Origin: Thermoplasmata archaeon
GTDB taxonomy: Archaea; Thermoplasmatota; Thermoplasmata; Lutacidiplasmatales; UBA184
DNA: 64,000 nt
Reading direction: 5' to 3'
NCBI GenBank assembly: GCA_035501555.1
Contig: DATJWA010000013.1
Span: forward strand, 60,276-124,275
The notes beneath the pieces are model-generated. The model was not told the DNA's origin. It did no database searches and was given only the letters and a program-made list of their open reading frames with translations. Each line of letters begins with the position of its first letter. Position 1 is the stretch's first letter. Below, piece by piece: positions 19,981 to 29,318 of this stretch. A program made the translations under genes and the position numbers.

Positions 19981-20874
19981 TTAATCGTTCGCCTGCGGAC
20001 GGGGGAGACGTCGCGCGCGGCCGCGGGTCCGGGCGAGGGCGAGGGCGTACCCCTCGGGGGAGCCGACCGAGCACCAGACCCCCGTCCGGGGGCTCAGGGT
20101 TAGGGCGGCGAACCTCCCGCCGTGGGCGAGGAGGTGCTGAACCCCGCTGGTCAGCTCGAGCTCCTCGGGGCGCTCGGTCCGGCGGACCGCTTCCAGGGCC
20201 GGGAAGAGGGCGGGGCCGAAGACGTAGACCGCGGTCGCCGCCCAGTGGGTGCGAGGCCTCTTCGGTTTCTCGACCATCCCGGTCACTCGGAGCCGGCGGT
20301 AGGGGCCCACCGCGCCCTCCGGAACGCCCTCGACCACACCGTAGCGTCGCGAGTCGGCCACCGGGCGCACGAGGAGCACGCCGTCGAGGTCCTCGTCCTC
20401 GCGCAGCCGTCCCATCGCCCGAAGCACGCTTCCCCGCTCGCGCTCCAGGATCACCCCGTCCCCGGCGTGGAGGAAGAACGGCTCCCGGCCCACGGTTCCC
20501 TTCGCGCACAGCACGGCGTCGCCGAACCCGGCGGCCCGGGGCTGAGAAACGAAACCGAACTGGACCTGGCCGAGCGTGCGGTAGAACCTGCGGGTCTCGA
20601 CCAGCCGGTCCGGAGTGCGCCGGTGCCGCAGGAGGAGGCCCTGGTCCACGCTGAAGTAGCTCTGGACGAACCCGGCGTCCCGAGGCTGGACGACGACGGT
20701 CACGCGGTCGGCCCCGGCACCGGCCAGGCTCTCGACCACCAGGTGGGCGACCGGCTTGAGCACGAGCTCCCCGGCGCTTCCGCGGTCGTAGAGCGGCAGG
20801 AACTCCTTGCGGAGTCCCCGGCTCCACGGGAGCATCCGCGTCCCTTCACCCGCGAGCGTGACGACCGCCTGCAT
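19981..20874 (-). CDS. UTP--glucose-1-phosphate uridylyltransferase-like NTP transferase (Agl4-like)
   Basis: VVTLAGEGTRMLP ... KEFLP signature of short archaeal UGPases. Adjacent to SQD1. Confidence 0.7.
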   Translation of the reverse strand: MQAVVTLAGEGTRMLPWSRGLRKEFLPLYDRGSAGELVLKPVAHLVVESLAGAGADRVTVVVQPRDAGFVQSYFSVDQGLLLRHRRTPDRLVETRRFYRTLGQVQFGFVSQPRAAGFGDAVLCAKGTVGREPFFLHAGDGVILERERGSVLRAMGRLREDEDLDGVLLVRPVADSRRYGVVEGVPEGAVGPYRRLRVTGMVEKPKRPRTHWAATAVYVFGPALFPALEAVRRTERPEELELTSGVQHLLAHGGRFAALTLSPRTGVWCSVGSPEGYALALARTRGRARRLPRPQAND

Positions 20875-20887
20875 CGGACGGCGGTCC

Positions 20888-22144
20888 TCAGGCGACGGTG
20901 TTGGCCGACGAGGGATGGGTCGCCTCGGCCGAGGGAGGAGAGGGCGGCGCCGCGGCCGCGTTGCGGGCGCCGAGCAACGGACGACTGTCCGGCAAGCGCC
21001 AGTTCACCGTCGGGGTCAACACGTGCTTGCGGGCGGCGAGGCGGCGGCGGTAACGGACCAGGTCGTGGAAGATCTCCCGGATCACGTCGTCCAGCTCCCG
21101 CGTTCGGCGGTAGCCGAGCTTCGGGAGGTGCTCGTGGAGGGGGTTGTAGTAGTGCTGCTCCGCCTCCACCCGGGGGTCGGCCGGGTGGTCGATCGTGGGG
21201 TGGAGGCCCAGCTCGGCGCCGATCCGGGCGACCCGCTCGGCCAGCTCGTTCACGGAGTAGGCGGCGTCGAACTGGTTGAAGACGCGGTACTCCCCCGGCT
21301 GGGCAGGGTTCTCGACCGCGAGGCGGAGGGATTGCATGGAGTCCTCGAGCGCGATGAACCCCCGCTTCTGCTCCCCCCGGCCGTACGGCGTGAGCGGGAG
21401 TCCCAGCACCGCCTGGGCGATGAACCGGTTCAGGGCGGTCCCCCACGTCTCGTCGAAGTCGAACCGGGTGAGCAGGCGGTCGTCGGTGATCTCGGGGGTG
21501 CGGATCCCGTAGATGACCCCCTGCATGACGTCGGTCGAGCGGAGCTGGAAGATCTTCGACGCGAACATGACGTCGCCCGAGTCGAAGACCTTGCTCCAAT
21601 GGTACCAGGAACCGGCCTGGCGAGGGAACGGCAGGAGATCCTTCCGTCCGCGGAACTCGACCTCGAAGAACCCCTCGGGGATGTCGGTGTTGGGGGTGCC
21701 GTACTCCCCCATCGTGCCCATCTTGACGAGGTGGGCGTCCGGCACGACCTCCTTCATCGCGTAGAGGAGGTGGAGCGTCCCCGTGAGGTTCTGCACCTGC
21801 GTGGCGACGGCGTGGTGGACGTCGATCATCGAGTAGGGGGCCGAGCGCTGCTCGGCGAGGTGGACAATCGCCTCGGGCCGCTCCGTCTCGAGGACGTGCC
21901 GGACGAGCTCCCAGTCGGACAGGTCCCCGCGGTAGAACCGGAGCTCCCGGCCGAGGACCTCCTTCACGGCCGCCAGGCGGCGGGGGAGCGCGGGGATGGG
22001 GGTGGCCGACCAGCTGCCGACCTCCTTGACGCGCTTGCGGGTAACGAGGTTGTCGACCCCGGCGACGTCGTGCCCCCGGGCGAGGAGGTGGAGGGCGAGC
22101 GGCCACCCGGAGTAGCCGTCGATTCCCGTAATGAGGACCTTCAT
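20888..22144 (-). CDS. UDP-sulfoquinovose synthase (SQD1 / Agl3-like extended SDR)
   Basis: N-terminal GxDGYxGW Rossmann motif. SQD1-specific motifs GTMGEYGTPNTDIPEG and PRQAGSWYHWSKV are nearly identical to plant and Sulfolobus SQD1/Agl3. Confidence 0.8.
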   Translation of the reverse strand: MKVLITGIDGYSGWPLALHLLARGHDVAGVDNLVTRKRVKEVGSWSATPIPALPRRLAAVKEVLGRELRFYRGDLSDWELVRHVLETERPEAIVHLAEQRSAPYSMIDVHHAVATQVQNLTGTLHLLYAMKEVVPDAHLVKMGTMGEYGTPNTDIPEGFFEVEFRGRKDLLPFPRQAGSWYHWSKVFDSGDVMFASKIFQLRSTDVMQGVIYGIRTPEITDDRLLTRFDFDETWGTALNRFIAQAVLGLPLTPYGRGEQKRGFIALEDSMQSLRLAVENPAQPGEYRVFNQFDAAYSVNELAERVARIGAELGLHPTIDHPADPRVEAEQHYYNPLHEHLPKLGYRRTRELDDVIREIFHDLVRYRRRLAARKHVLTPTVNWRLPDSRPLLGARNAAAAPPSPPSAEATHPSSANTVA

Positions 22145-22285
22145 AGGAATCGGACCTTCGGCTTATTCCGCGTCCGCGCTGAAATAGGTATGGGGACGGT
22201 GCGCCACGCCCTCGCACGCCAGGAACCAAAGCGGAATAAGCTCGAGGCTCCTCGGAGAGTCTCGGGTCGGGCCGACCTAGGGGCG

Positions 22286-23062
22286 ATGGAGCCGACGGCG
22301 GTCACAATCGTCGATACGCGCGACGAGCCCCTCCAGGGGGCGATGATGGTGGTGGGGTTCCCGACCCACGGCCTGGTCGGCTCGGTCGCCGCGTCGTACC
22401 TGGTCCACGCGCTCGACATGCAGCCGATCGCCTACATGATCAGCGAAGATTTCCCGCCGACGGTCGTGATGGAGGAGGGGATCGTAAACGCCCCCGTCCG
22501 CCTTTATGCCAGCAAGCTGGTCTGCGGGGTCGACCGCTCTTGCGACCAGTTGGTCGTGGTGATCGCCGACATCCAGCCGCCGGTGGAGATGCTCAACGCG
22601 CTCGGCCGGGTCCTGCTCGACTGGTCCGAGGCGAAGGGGGTGCATCTCATCGTCGCCATCGAGGGCCAGCCGATCGACACCGAGGTTGGCGCCGATGCCC
22701 GGATCGTGGCGATGGCGAACCGGGCCGCGGCCCCGCTCCTCGAGAAGTACCGCTTCGCCGCCGCGAACGGGGTCGTGACCGGCCTGGCCGGGGGCCTCCT
22801 CCTCGGGGCGATCAACCGCTCGACGCCGGTGCTCTGCCTGGTCGCCCAGGCGCACAAGGACTACCCGGACGCTCGCGCGGCCGCCAAGGTCATCGAGACC
22901 GTGAACCCGCTCGTCCCCCTGATCGCGCTAGACACGAAGCCGCTCCGGGAGAAGGCCCGCCAGATCGAGGCGGAGATGCGGAAGACCCTCCGGCAGACGA
23001 AGGAGTCGATGGCCAACATGCGGGAGAGTTCGCCGGAAGGGGCGGGTGAGATGTATCGCTGA
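22286..23062 (+). CDS. PAC2-family proteasome assembly chaperone (PbaA/PbaB-like)
   Basis: MVVGFPTHGLVGSVAASYLV N-terminal motif of the PAC2/DUF75 family, about 258 aa. The ORF-track reading frame extends far upstream as a GC artefact. Confidence 0.7.
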   Translation: MEPTAVTIVDTRDEPLQGAMMVVGFPTHGLVGSVAASYLVHALDMQPIAYMISEDFPPTVVMEEGIVNAPVRLYASKLVCGVDRSCDQLVVVIADIQPPVEMLNALGRVLLDWSEAKGVHLIVAIEGQPIDTEVGADARIVAMANRAAAPLLEKYRFAAANGVVTGLAGGLLLGAINRSTPVLCLVAQAHKDYPDARAAAKVIETVNPLVPLIALDTKPLREKARQIEAEMRKTLRQTKESMANMRESSPEGAGEMYR

Positions 23063-23552
23063 CACGTCGCCCGGGACGCGGGTGAGCCCGGTCCCCGAGG
23101 ACCGACCGGCGGTCTCGCTGCGGGGCTTCCGTCCGTCCGACGTGCCGTTCGTCTCCGCGATCGTCGCCGACGCGCTGCACGAGCACTACGACCCGAGCCT
23201 GTACCTCTCCCTCAGCTCCGAGTGGCCCGAGGGGTTTCTGGTCGCGGCCGACCACCATGACGTTCCGGTCGCCTTCCTCCTCGGCGTCTCCCAGGTCGTG
23301 CGCGAGGCGCGGATCCTGATGTTCGCGGTCGACCGGGCCTGGCGCGCCCAGGGGATCGGGCGGCTCCTGATGACGACCTTCTTCGAGCGCTGCCACGACC
23401 GCGGGTTCTCGAGGGTCACGCTCGAGGTCCGGGTCTCGAACGCGACCGCGATCCGGTTCTACACCCGGTTCAACTACTCGGTCGTCGACCTACTGCGGAC
23501 CTACTACTCCGACGGGGAGAACGGCTACCAGATGGCCCGCCCGCTCCCGTAG
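23046..23552 (+). CDS. GNAT N-acetyltransferase (RimI-like)
   Basis: RAQGIGRLLM acetyl-CoA motif, 168 aa. Confidence 0.7.
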   Translation: MRCIADTSPGTRVSPVPEDRPAVSLRGFRPSDVPFVSAIVADALHEHYDPSLYLSLSSEWPEGFLVAADHHDVPVAFLLGVSQVVREARILMFAVDRAWRAQGIGRLLMTTFFERCHDRGFSRVTLEVRVSNATAIRFYTRFNYSVVDLLRTYYSDGENGYQMARPLP

Positions 23553-23579
23553 CGGGGCTTCCTCGGACCCGGAGGGGCT

Positions 23580-24836
23580 ATGACCTCTCCACCGGATGCT
23601 CGGGCCATGCCCAGTGAATGGCCCACCGCGGGCGACCTGATGAATCCCCGTCCGGTCACGCTCCCGTTCGACGCGCCGATCTCCGAGGCGCTCGGGATCA
23701 TGAAGAGCAAGGGATACCACGAGATCCCGGTCCTGCAGCGCTCGCGACTCGCCGGGATGATCACCTTCGAGTCGCTCGCCCGGCGGGTGAGCCGAGCGAC
23801 CAACACGAAGGTCGGCAGCCTGCTGACCATGGCTCCCCTCATCACCCCCCGTCTCCTCCTCCCGGAGGTCGCCGAGCTATTGCTCGGCAGCGGACTCCGA
23901 GGCGGGCCGGTGGTCGGCCCGCGGGGGGAGCTGCTCGGCGTCATCAGTCGGACGAACCTCGTCGGCGCCCTCGCCGACCACCCGGAGTTCCCGCGCGAAC
24001 CCGTCGACCGGATCGGGAGTCCCGCGACCGTCACGATCCGCGAGGAGGACACGGTCCGCCATCTCCAGGCACAGATCCGGCTCCTCGAGGAGCACCCGCT
24101 CCCGGTGGTGGACCGGAAAGGGCGCCTCGTGGGCGCCGTCGGGGTCGCGGACCTCGCCTCCGTGCTGTGGCGGCCGGACACGGGCGGCAAGCGCGACCTT
24201 CCGCAACGCGCCCGCGCGCTCGACGTCCGCGTCTCCTCCTTCATGCGGTCCCCGGCGGTCACCGTCGCCTCGAAGACCCACTCGGGCGAGGCGGCCCGCA
24301 AGATGACCGATTCGAAGGTGTCGAGCGTGTTCGTCGTGGAGGACGGCCACCCGACCCGGGTCGTGGCGCAGGCGGACCTCCTCGGACTGGTCGTCGGGGC
24401 CGCCCGGACCGCCAAGGGGCCCGGCCGGATCGAGGACTGCTACGTCGAGGTCACCGGCCTCCGCGGCTCGAGCGATCCGGCGTTGCTCGCGGACATCGAC
24501 CACCTGGTCGCCCAAGGGCTGAAGCGAATCGCACGCCACCTCCATCCATCCCTCTTCAGCCTCCACCTCAGCCCGCACTCGACCCACCGAACGGCCGACA
24601 TCACCGCGGAGGGGCGCCTGCACACGGACGCGGGGATCTTCTACGCCTCCCAGACCGGCTGGAACCTGATGGCGGGCGTCTCGGGCATCATGGAGGAGCT
24701 GGCGGCCCAGGTCCAACGGGACCAGGAGAGCCGTCGCGAGCGGGTCCGGTCGCGGCGTCGCTCCCCGACGGACGAGACGGTCGAGGACGCCGACCTCGAG
24801 CGACGCATCCGCGTCGCGACGGGGGACGACGAGTAG
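23580..24836 (+). CDS. CBS-domain protein (two CBS pairs) with C-terminal HPF/RaiA-like domain
   Basis: Four CBS-like modules (IPVL, GPVVGPRGELLGVISRTNL, PLPVVDRKGRLVGAVGVADL, VFVVEDG..RVVAQADL). The C-terminal ~100 aa align by eye to ribosome hibernation factor HPF (VEVTG...TADITAEG.LHTDAGIFYASQTG...). Alternative start at ATG 23640 (MNPRPV). Confidence 0.55.
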   Translation: MTSPPDARAMPSEWPTAGDLMNPRPVTLPFDAPISEALGIMKSKGYHEIPVLQRSRLAGMITFESLARRVSRATNTKVGSLLTMAPLITPRLLLPEVAELLLGSGLRGGPVVGPRGELLGVISRTNLVGALADHPEFPREPVDRIGSPATVTIREEDTVRHLQAQIRLLEEHPLPVVDRKGRLVGAVGVADLASVLWRPDTGGKRDLPQRARALDVRVSSFMRSPAVTVASKTHSGEAARKMTDSKVSSVFVVEDGHPTRVVAQADLLGLVVGAARTAKGPGRIEDCYVEVTGLRGSSDPALLADIDHLVAQGLKRIARHLHPSLFSLHLSPHSTHRTADITAEGRLHTDAGIFYASQTGWNLMAGVSGIMEELAAQVQRDQESRRERVRSRRRSPTDETVEDADLERRIRVATGDDE

Positions 24837-24845
24837 GAGACGACG

Positions 24846-25244
24846 ATGATCCCCGGTGGCCCGCGCAACCAGCGCCAGATGGAGCTGATGATGCGACGCA
24901 TGGGCATGAAGACCGAACCGGTCGAGGGGGTGGAGGAGGTGGTCGTGCGCACCAAGACCAAGGAGCACGTGTTCTCGGCCCCCGAGGTGACGATCCTCAC
25001 CGTCCAAGGGGTCCGCACCTACCAGATCGTCGGGACGCCCGAGGTTCGAGCTCGCACCGCCGGCCCATCGGCCCCCGGAACGGCCTCCGGGGCTCCGAGC
25101 GCCCCCACGGGGCCGCCGGAGGAGGATATCCAGCTCGTGATGGAGCAGGCGCAGGTCTCCCGCGAGGAGGCCGTCGAGGCGTTGTTCCGCGCCAACGGGG
25201 CCCCGGCCGAGGCAATCATGCAGCTCATGACGCGGAGCCGCTGA
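24846..25244 (+). CDS. nac: Nascent polypeptide-associated complex protein (archaeal NAC-alpha)
   Basis: N-terminal NQRQMELMMRRMGM motif, NAC beta-barrel region, and a C-terminal UBA domain (DIQLVMEQAQVSREEAVEAL). Confidence 0.8.
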   Translation: MIPGGPRNQRQMELMMRRMGMKTEPVEGVEEVVVRTKTKEHVFSAPEVTILTVQGVRTYQIVGTPEVRARTAGPSAPGTASGAPSAPTGPPEEDIQLVMEQAQVSREEAVEALFRANGAPAEAIMQLMTRSR

Positions 25245-25259
25245 CGGCCCCGACGCACC

Positions 25260-25739
25260 ATGGGCGCGGTTCCGCCGCCCGGAGGGCTCCTCCCCCTCCC
25301 CCGACCGAATGAACCGGTCTCGCGGGAGTGCGTGGAGGGCTACCTGTTCTCCCGGGACCCGCTCGCGATGCTGGTCTTCCGACGGGTCCCCGCCCGGGGG
25401 TCGATCTGGGTGCCGATCCAGGGAAAGGTCGAGGCGAGCGACGCGAACCTTGAGGCCGCGCTGCTCCGCGAGGTCCGGGAAGAGACCGGCCTCGAGCAGG
25501 CGATCGCCGTGGTACCGCTGGACTGGCACGTCCCGTTCCGGGCGGAGAACGGGGAGGTCTGGCGGCTCCACGCCTACGGGGTCGAGGTCCCGAGGTCGTT
25601 CCACCCCCACCTGAACGACGAGAACCAGGAGTGCGAGTGGGTCGAGCCCTCCGAGGCCGAGCGCCGCCTCCACTTCACGGACAACCGCGAGGCGGTGGCT
25701 CGCCTGAGGGCGTGGCTCGATCGCCACCCGAGGACCTGA
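25260..25739 (+). CDS. NUDIX hydrolase
   Basis: Nudix box G..EASD..LEAALLREVREETGL. Confidence 0.7.
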   Translation: MGAVPPPGGLLPLPRPNEPVSRECVEGYLFSRDPLAMLVFRRVPARGSIWVPIQGKVEASDANLEAALLREVREETGLEQAIAVVPLDWHVPFRAENGEVWRLHAYGVEVPRSFHPHLNDENQECEWVEPSEAERRLHFTDNREAVARLRAWLDRHPRT

Positions 25740-25956
25740 TGGGAGCCGGGCTGACGGGGTTCGAACCGGTGGTGGCTGCTGAGCCGCAAGGCCCTGTTCG
25801 CGGCGTGAGGCGTGTACAGCCATGCCGTCGCGAGGGCCGCCGCTTCGTCGCATCGCCCCTCGAGAAGCACAGAGGGGAGGCACCAGGGCTCCCAGTCAAC
25901 CTCCCCAGGCCCCCAAACGTTTAGCGCGACACGAAGGTTGGAACCGGCCAGGTCCC

Positions 25957-26976
25957 ATGTCCGAACCGCCCAGTCCTCCACCGGCAGTCTTCCGGACCGT
26001 GGGCCCGGAGCTGTTCGCCGCCCTTCGGGCCGCTCACCCCTCCCGGGTCGTACTGCAGGTGCCCGCGGGCCTCGTGCGGAATGCCCACGAGCTCGTGGAG
26101 CGGATCCGGGTGGAGTCCGGTGCTCCTGTGATCCTCGCCGCGCGCCCGTGCTTCGGTGCGTGCGACTTCCCTTCTTCGGAGGAGGCGCCCCGCGCGGACC
26201 TCGCGGTGGTCCTGGGTCACGCTCCGATCCCGAACGTGCGGCTCCCCCGGCGTACGTTCTTCGTCGAGATGCGAGACCCCGGAGGGGACCCTGAGGCACT
26301 GGCGACGACCGTCCAGCGTGCTCGGGTCCCTCGTCGGCTGGGCCTTGTGGCCTCCGTCCAGCACCTCGACCTCCTATCCCCCCTGACCGCGGCGCTCGAG
26401 CGTCGAGGGTACGAGGTCCACGTCGAGCAGGGAGACCACCGCCTCGCCTACCCGGCCCAGGCCCTCGGGTGCAACTATACCGGCGCCGAGGCGGTCGCCG
26501 ACCGGGTCGACGCCTTCCTGTTCGTCGGAACGGGGCGGTTCCATCCGGTGGGATTGGCGTTCGCCGTCGACCGGCCGGTCTGGGCTCTCGACCCCCTGCA
26601 GAACCAGCTCGAGCCCCCGGTCGACCGGGCGCTCCTGATCGGCCGCCGTCAGCTGGCGGTCGCGTCCGTCCGTGACGCCCGCCGATGGGGGATCCTGGTC
26701 TCGACCTTCGCCGGGCAGAACCGCTCCCCGACCGCGCTCGCCCTCCAGGAGCGGGCGCGCGCCCGGGGCCGGGAGGCCGAGCTCCTGTTCTTCGACCGGC
26801 TCGACCCGCGCGACCTCGAGGGCCGGGCGTTCGACGCCTACGTGAACACCGCCTGCCCGCGCATCGCCTTGGACGACGGGATGAATTACCCCCGTCCGGT
26901 GCTCACTCCCCCGGAGTTCCTGATGGCCCTCGGCGAACTGCCTCTCGCCCCGTATCGGTTCGACACGTACCACTAG
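25957..26976 (+). CDS. dph2: Diphthamide biosynthesis enzyme Dph2 (2-(3-amino-3-carboxypropyl)histidine synthase)
   Basis: Three-domain Dph2 layout with conserved Cys in RPCFGACD and the NTACPR motif. Start at ATG 25957 (MSEPPS); the upstream ORF extension is composition-driven. Confidence 0.8.
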   Translation: MSEPPSPPPAVFRTVGPELFAALRAAHPSRVVLQVPAGLVRNAHELVERIRVESGAPVILAARPCFGACDFPSSEEAPRADLAVVLGHAPIPNVRLPRRTFFVEMRDPGGDPEALATTVQRARVPRRLGLVASVQHLDLLSPLTAALERRGYEVHVEQGDHRLAYPAQALGCNYTGAEAVADRVDAFLFVGTGRFHPVGLAFAVDRPVWALDPLQNQLEPPVDRALLIGRRQLAVASVRDARRWGILVSTFAGQNRSPTALALQERARARGREAELLFFDRLDPRDLEGRAFDAYVNTACPRIALDDGMNYPRPVLTPPEFLMALGELPLAPYRFDTYH

Positions 26977-27001
26977 CCGGGCGGTTCGGCAGGTTCTTGG
27001 T

Positions 27002-27430
27002 TTGGGCCGTCGTTCCTCGGGCATGCGCGCCCGAGGGGTCGCCCCCCTCGTCCTCCTCGTCGCGGGGGCCGGGCTGATCGTGGACGCGATCGCCCGAGGG
27101 GGCGCCTCGGTCGCCCTGGTGGTGGTGTTTCCGGTGGTCTTTGGGGCCTCCGCGGAGTTCTTCCTCGGGGTCGTGCTCCTCTTCGTGGGCTTCGTCACCC
27201 TTCCGTTCTCCTTCGGGTACACCTTCGCGGCGGAAGAGGCCGAGGACGGGATCCCTCGAAGCCACCACGAGGTCCCTCCGCAGGAGGTCGGTGGCCTCCT
27301 GCTGATCGGCCCCGTCCCGATCTTCTTCGGACGCTGGGGTCACGTGCGTCAGCGCACCCGGGTCCTGGCGGCGCTCGCGGGAGCGGCCCTCCTCGTGGCC
27401 GCGGTGGTGATCTTCCTCTGGCTGCGCTAG
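27002..27430 (+). CDS. Small hydrophobic membrane protein (unknown)
   Basis: 142 aa with three to four TM helices, no motif. Coding status uncertain. Confidence 0.35.
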   Translation: MGRRSSGMRARGVAPLVLLVAGAGLIVDAIARGGASVALVVVFPVVFGASAEFFLGVVLLFVGFVTLPFSFGYTFAAEEAEDGIPRSHHEVPPQEVGGLLLIGPVPIFFGRWGHVRQRTRVLAALAGAALLVAAVVIFLWLR

Positions 27431-28020
27431 GGCAGGAGACCGGATTCCTCGAGAAAGCGGCGGTGGACTCGCGGGTCGTCCGAGAGCTCCGGGTGGAAGG
27501 CAAGACCCCAGATGTTCCCCGACCGCACCCCGACGATCTCCTCCCCCCTCCAGGCGACCGGGAGGGCCTGCGGTCCGACGGAGAGGATCCGGGGGGACCG
27601 GATGAAGACCCCGGGGAAGGGGGGACCGGCGACCCCGTCGATGACGATCGGCGCCTCGAACGACTCGCGTTGCGGGCCGTAGTCGTTCCGCCGCACGCGG
27701 ACGTCCAGCACCTCGAAGCTCGGTGGGTCCTGACCGGAGGGGCTGGGGGCGATCTCCTTGGCCAGGAGGATCAAGCCGGCGCACGTCCCGAGCACGGGAA
27801 ACCCTTGCCGGAGGCGCTGGGCGAGCGGGGTCCAGAGATGGGCCCCGTACAGGAGTCGAGCGATCGTGGTCGACTCCCCACCGGGCAGGAAGAGGGCGTC
27901 CAGCTCGTCGAGCTGCTCGGGGCGACGGAGAGCGACGACAGAGCCCTTCGGCAGCAGATGCCGGGCGCTGCGAAGATGCTCCGGGACGTCTCCCTGGAGC
28001 GCGAGGACCCCGACCTTCAT
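27427..28020 (-). CDS. pdxT: Pyridoxal 5'-phosphate synthase glutaminase subunit PdxT
   Basis: MKVGVLALQGD start, a GTCAG nucleophile elbow, and the HPE catalytic pair. 197 aa. ATGA overlap with hmgA. Confidence 0.85.
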   Translation of the reverse strand: MKVGVLALQGDVPEHLRSARHLLPKGSVVALRRPEQLDELDALFLPGGESTTIARLLYGAHLWTPLAQRLRQGFPVLGTCAGLILLAKEIAPSPSGQDPPSFEVLDVRVRRNDYGPQRESFEAPIVIDGVAGPPFPGVFIRSPRILSVGPQALPVAWRGEEIVGVRSGNIWGLAFHPELSDDPRVHRRFLEESGLLP

Positions 28021-29318
28021 CGGCCGGCCCGGATCTCCTCGAGGACGGCCTTGGCCCGGTCGAATCGGACCGCGTGCTCGGCAACCAGCCGGGCGACGAC
28101 GCGGTCGACCTCCTCCGGTCGGGCGCCGGCGCTCACCGCCATGTTCCGCGCGTGCAGCTCCATGTGGCCCCGCTGGATGCCTTCGGTGGCGAGGGCTCGA
28201 AGGGCCGAGAAGTTCTGGGCGAGGCCGACCGACGCGAGGACCTCCCCGAGCTCTCGGGCGGATTTCACGCCGAGGAGCTTGACGTTCGCCTTCGCGGTCG
28301 GGTGCACCGCGGTGGCCCCGCCGATCAGCCCCACCGGGGCGGGGAACTCGATCGTCCCCACGAGGTTTCCCTCTCGGTCCTTCTCGTACGTCGTGAGCGG
28401 ACGGACGACCGACCCCGAGGGCGCCGCCTGCCAGGCTGCGAAGGTGTGGGCTCCGCTCTCGATGGCCCGGAAGTCGTTCCCCGTGGCGATCACGACGCTC
28501 GAGATCCCGTTCATGATCCCCTTGTTGTGCGTCGCGCAGCGGAACGGGTCCGCCACCGCAAAGGCGTAGGCATCCAGGATCCCGTCCACGACCTCCGCCC
28601 CGGTCATCGTCTCGGTCTTGAGCTGCTCGGCCGGAAACGTCGCGCGGGCGCGGGCGAGGCGGTGGATGGCCAGGTTCGAGATGATCCGAAGGACCGAGCG
28701 CCCGCCGGCGAGGCGTGCGAGCTCGGGAGCGAGCGCCTCGCACATCGTGTTCACGGCGTTCATCCCGCCCGCGTCCCGCGCGTCCACCAGGAGGTGGACG
28801 ATGACCATCGTGCCGCGCGGCGAGGGGAGGATGCGCACCTCGATCTCCTTGGCCCCGCCCCCGAACTTGACGAGGACCGGGTCCTTGGCGTTCGCCGCCG
28901 CGAGCAGCTCGCCCCGCGCATGCAGGATCCGGAGGCGCGCCGCCGCCGGGTCGTGGACGTCCATGATCTGGACCTGGCCGATCATCACCGGGTCGGTGCT
29001 CTGGGAGTGGAACCCGCCGGCCGAACGCGCTACCTTCGCGGCGTTCGAGGCCGCCGCGACCACGCTCGGCTCCTCGATCGCCATGGGGACGAGGTAATCC
29101 TTCTCGTTGATCCGGAAGTGCGTGGCGACCCCCAGAGGCAGCGGCATCACGCCGATGACGTTCTCGATCATCCGGTCGAGGGTCCCGGGGTCGACGCCGG
29201 GCGGGAACTCCCAGGCTCCCGCCTCCTCGGGGGTCAAGCCGGCCCACTCGCGAGCGAACTCCCGCCGCTCCGCGATGCTCTTCCGGTAGAATCCCGAAAC
29301 GTCCGAGGAACGCGTCAC
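28017..29318 (-). CDS. hmgA: HMG-CoA reductase, class I (archaeal/eukaryotic type)
   Basis: ENVIG, DAMGMN-like (DAGGMNAVN) and GTVGG-type (IGGATAVHP) motifs, 433 aa. Confidence 0.9.
   Translation of the reverse strand: MTRSSDVSGFYRKSIAERREFAREWAGLTPEEAGAWEFPPGVDPGTLDRMIENVIGVMPLPLGVATHFRINEKDYLVPMAIEEPSVVAAASNAAKVARSAGGFHSQSTDPVMIGQVQIMDVHDPAAARLRILHARGELLAAANAKDPVLVKFGGGAKEIEVRILPSPRGTMVIVHLLVDARDAGGMNAVNTMCEALAPELARLAGGRSVLRIISNLAIHRLARARATFPAEQLKTETMTGAEVVDGILDAYAFAVADPFRCATHNKGIMNGISSVVIATGNDFRAIESGAHTFAAWQAAPSGSVVRPLTTYEKDREGNLVGTIEFPAPVGLIGGATAVHPTAKANVKLLGVKSARELGEVLASVGLAQNFSALRALATEGIQRGHMELHARNMAVSAGARPEEVDRVVARLVAEHAVRFDRAKAVLEEIRAGR

Noticed and set aside
17711-20827. 1038-aa ORF on the minus strand, and many similar long ORFs (313..1548 -, 858..1904 +, 9158..10639 -, 10297..12285 +, 13433..15037 -, 26903..28084 -, 27427..29406 upstream part)
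   Set aside because: They are Arg/Gly/Pro/Asp-rich low-complexity translations, antisense to or out of frame with well-supported genes (GT4s, M20, CLC, MetRS, PdxT/HMGR). This is the expected stop-codon scarcity of ~70% GC DNA, not real genes.
25737-25830. tRNA-like GGGGTTCGAACC motif between the NUDIX and dph2 genes
   Set aside because: No acceptor or anticodon stems can be paired around the motif, and the T-stem candidates do not base-pair. Treated as chance similarity.
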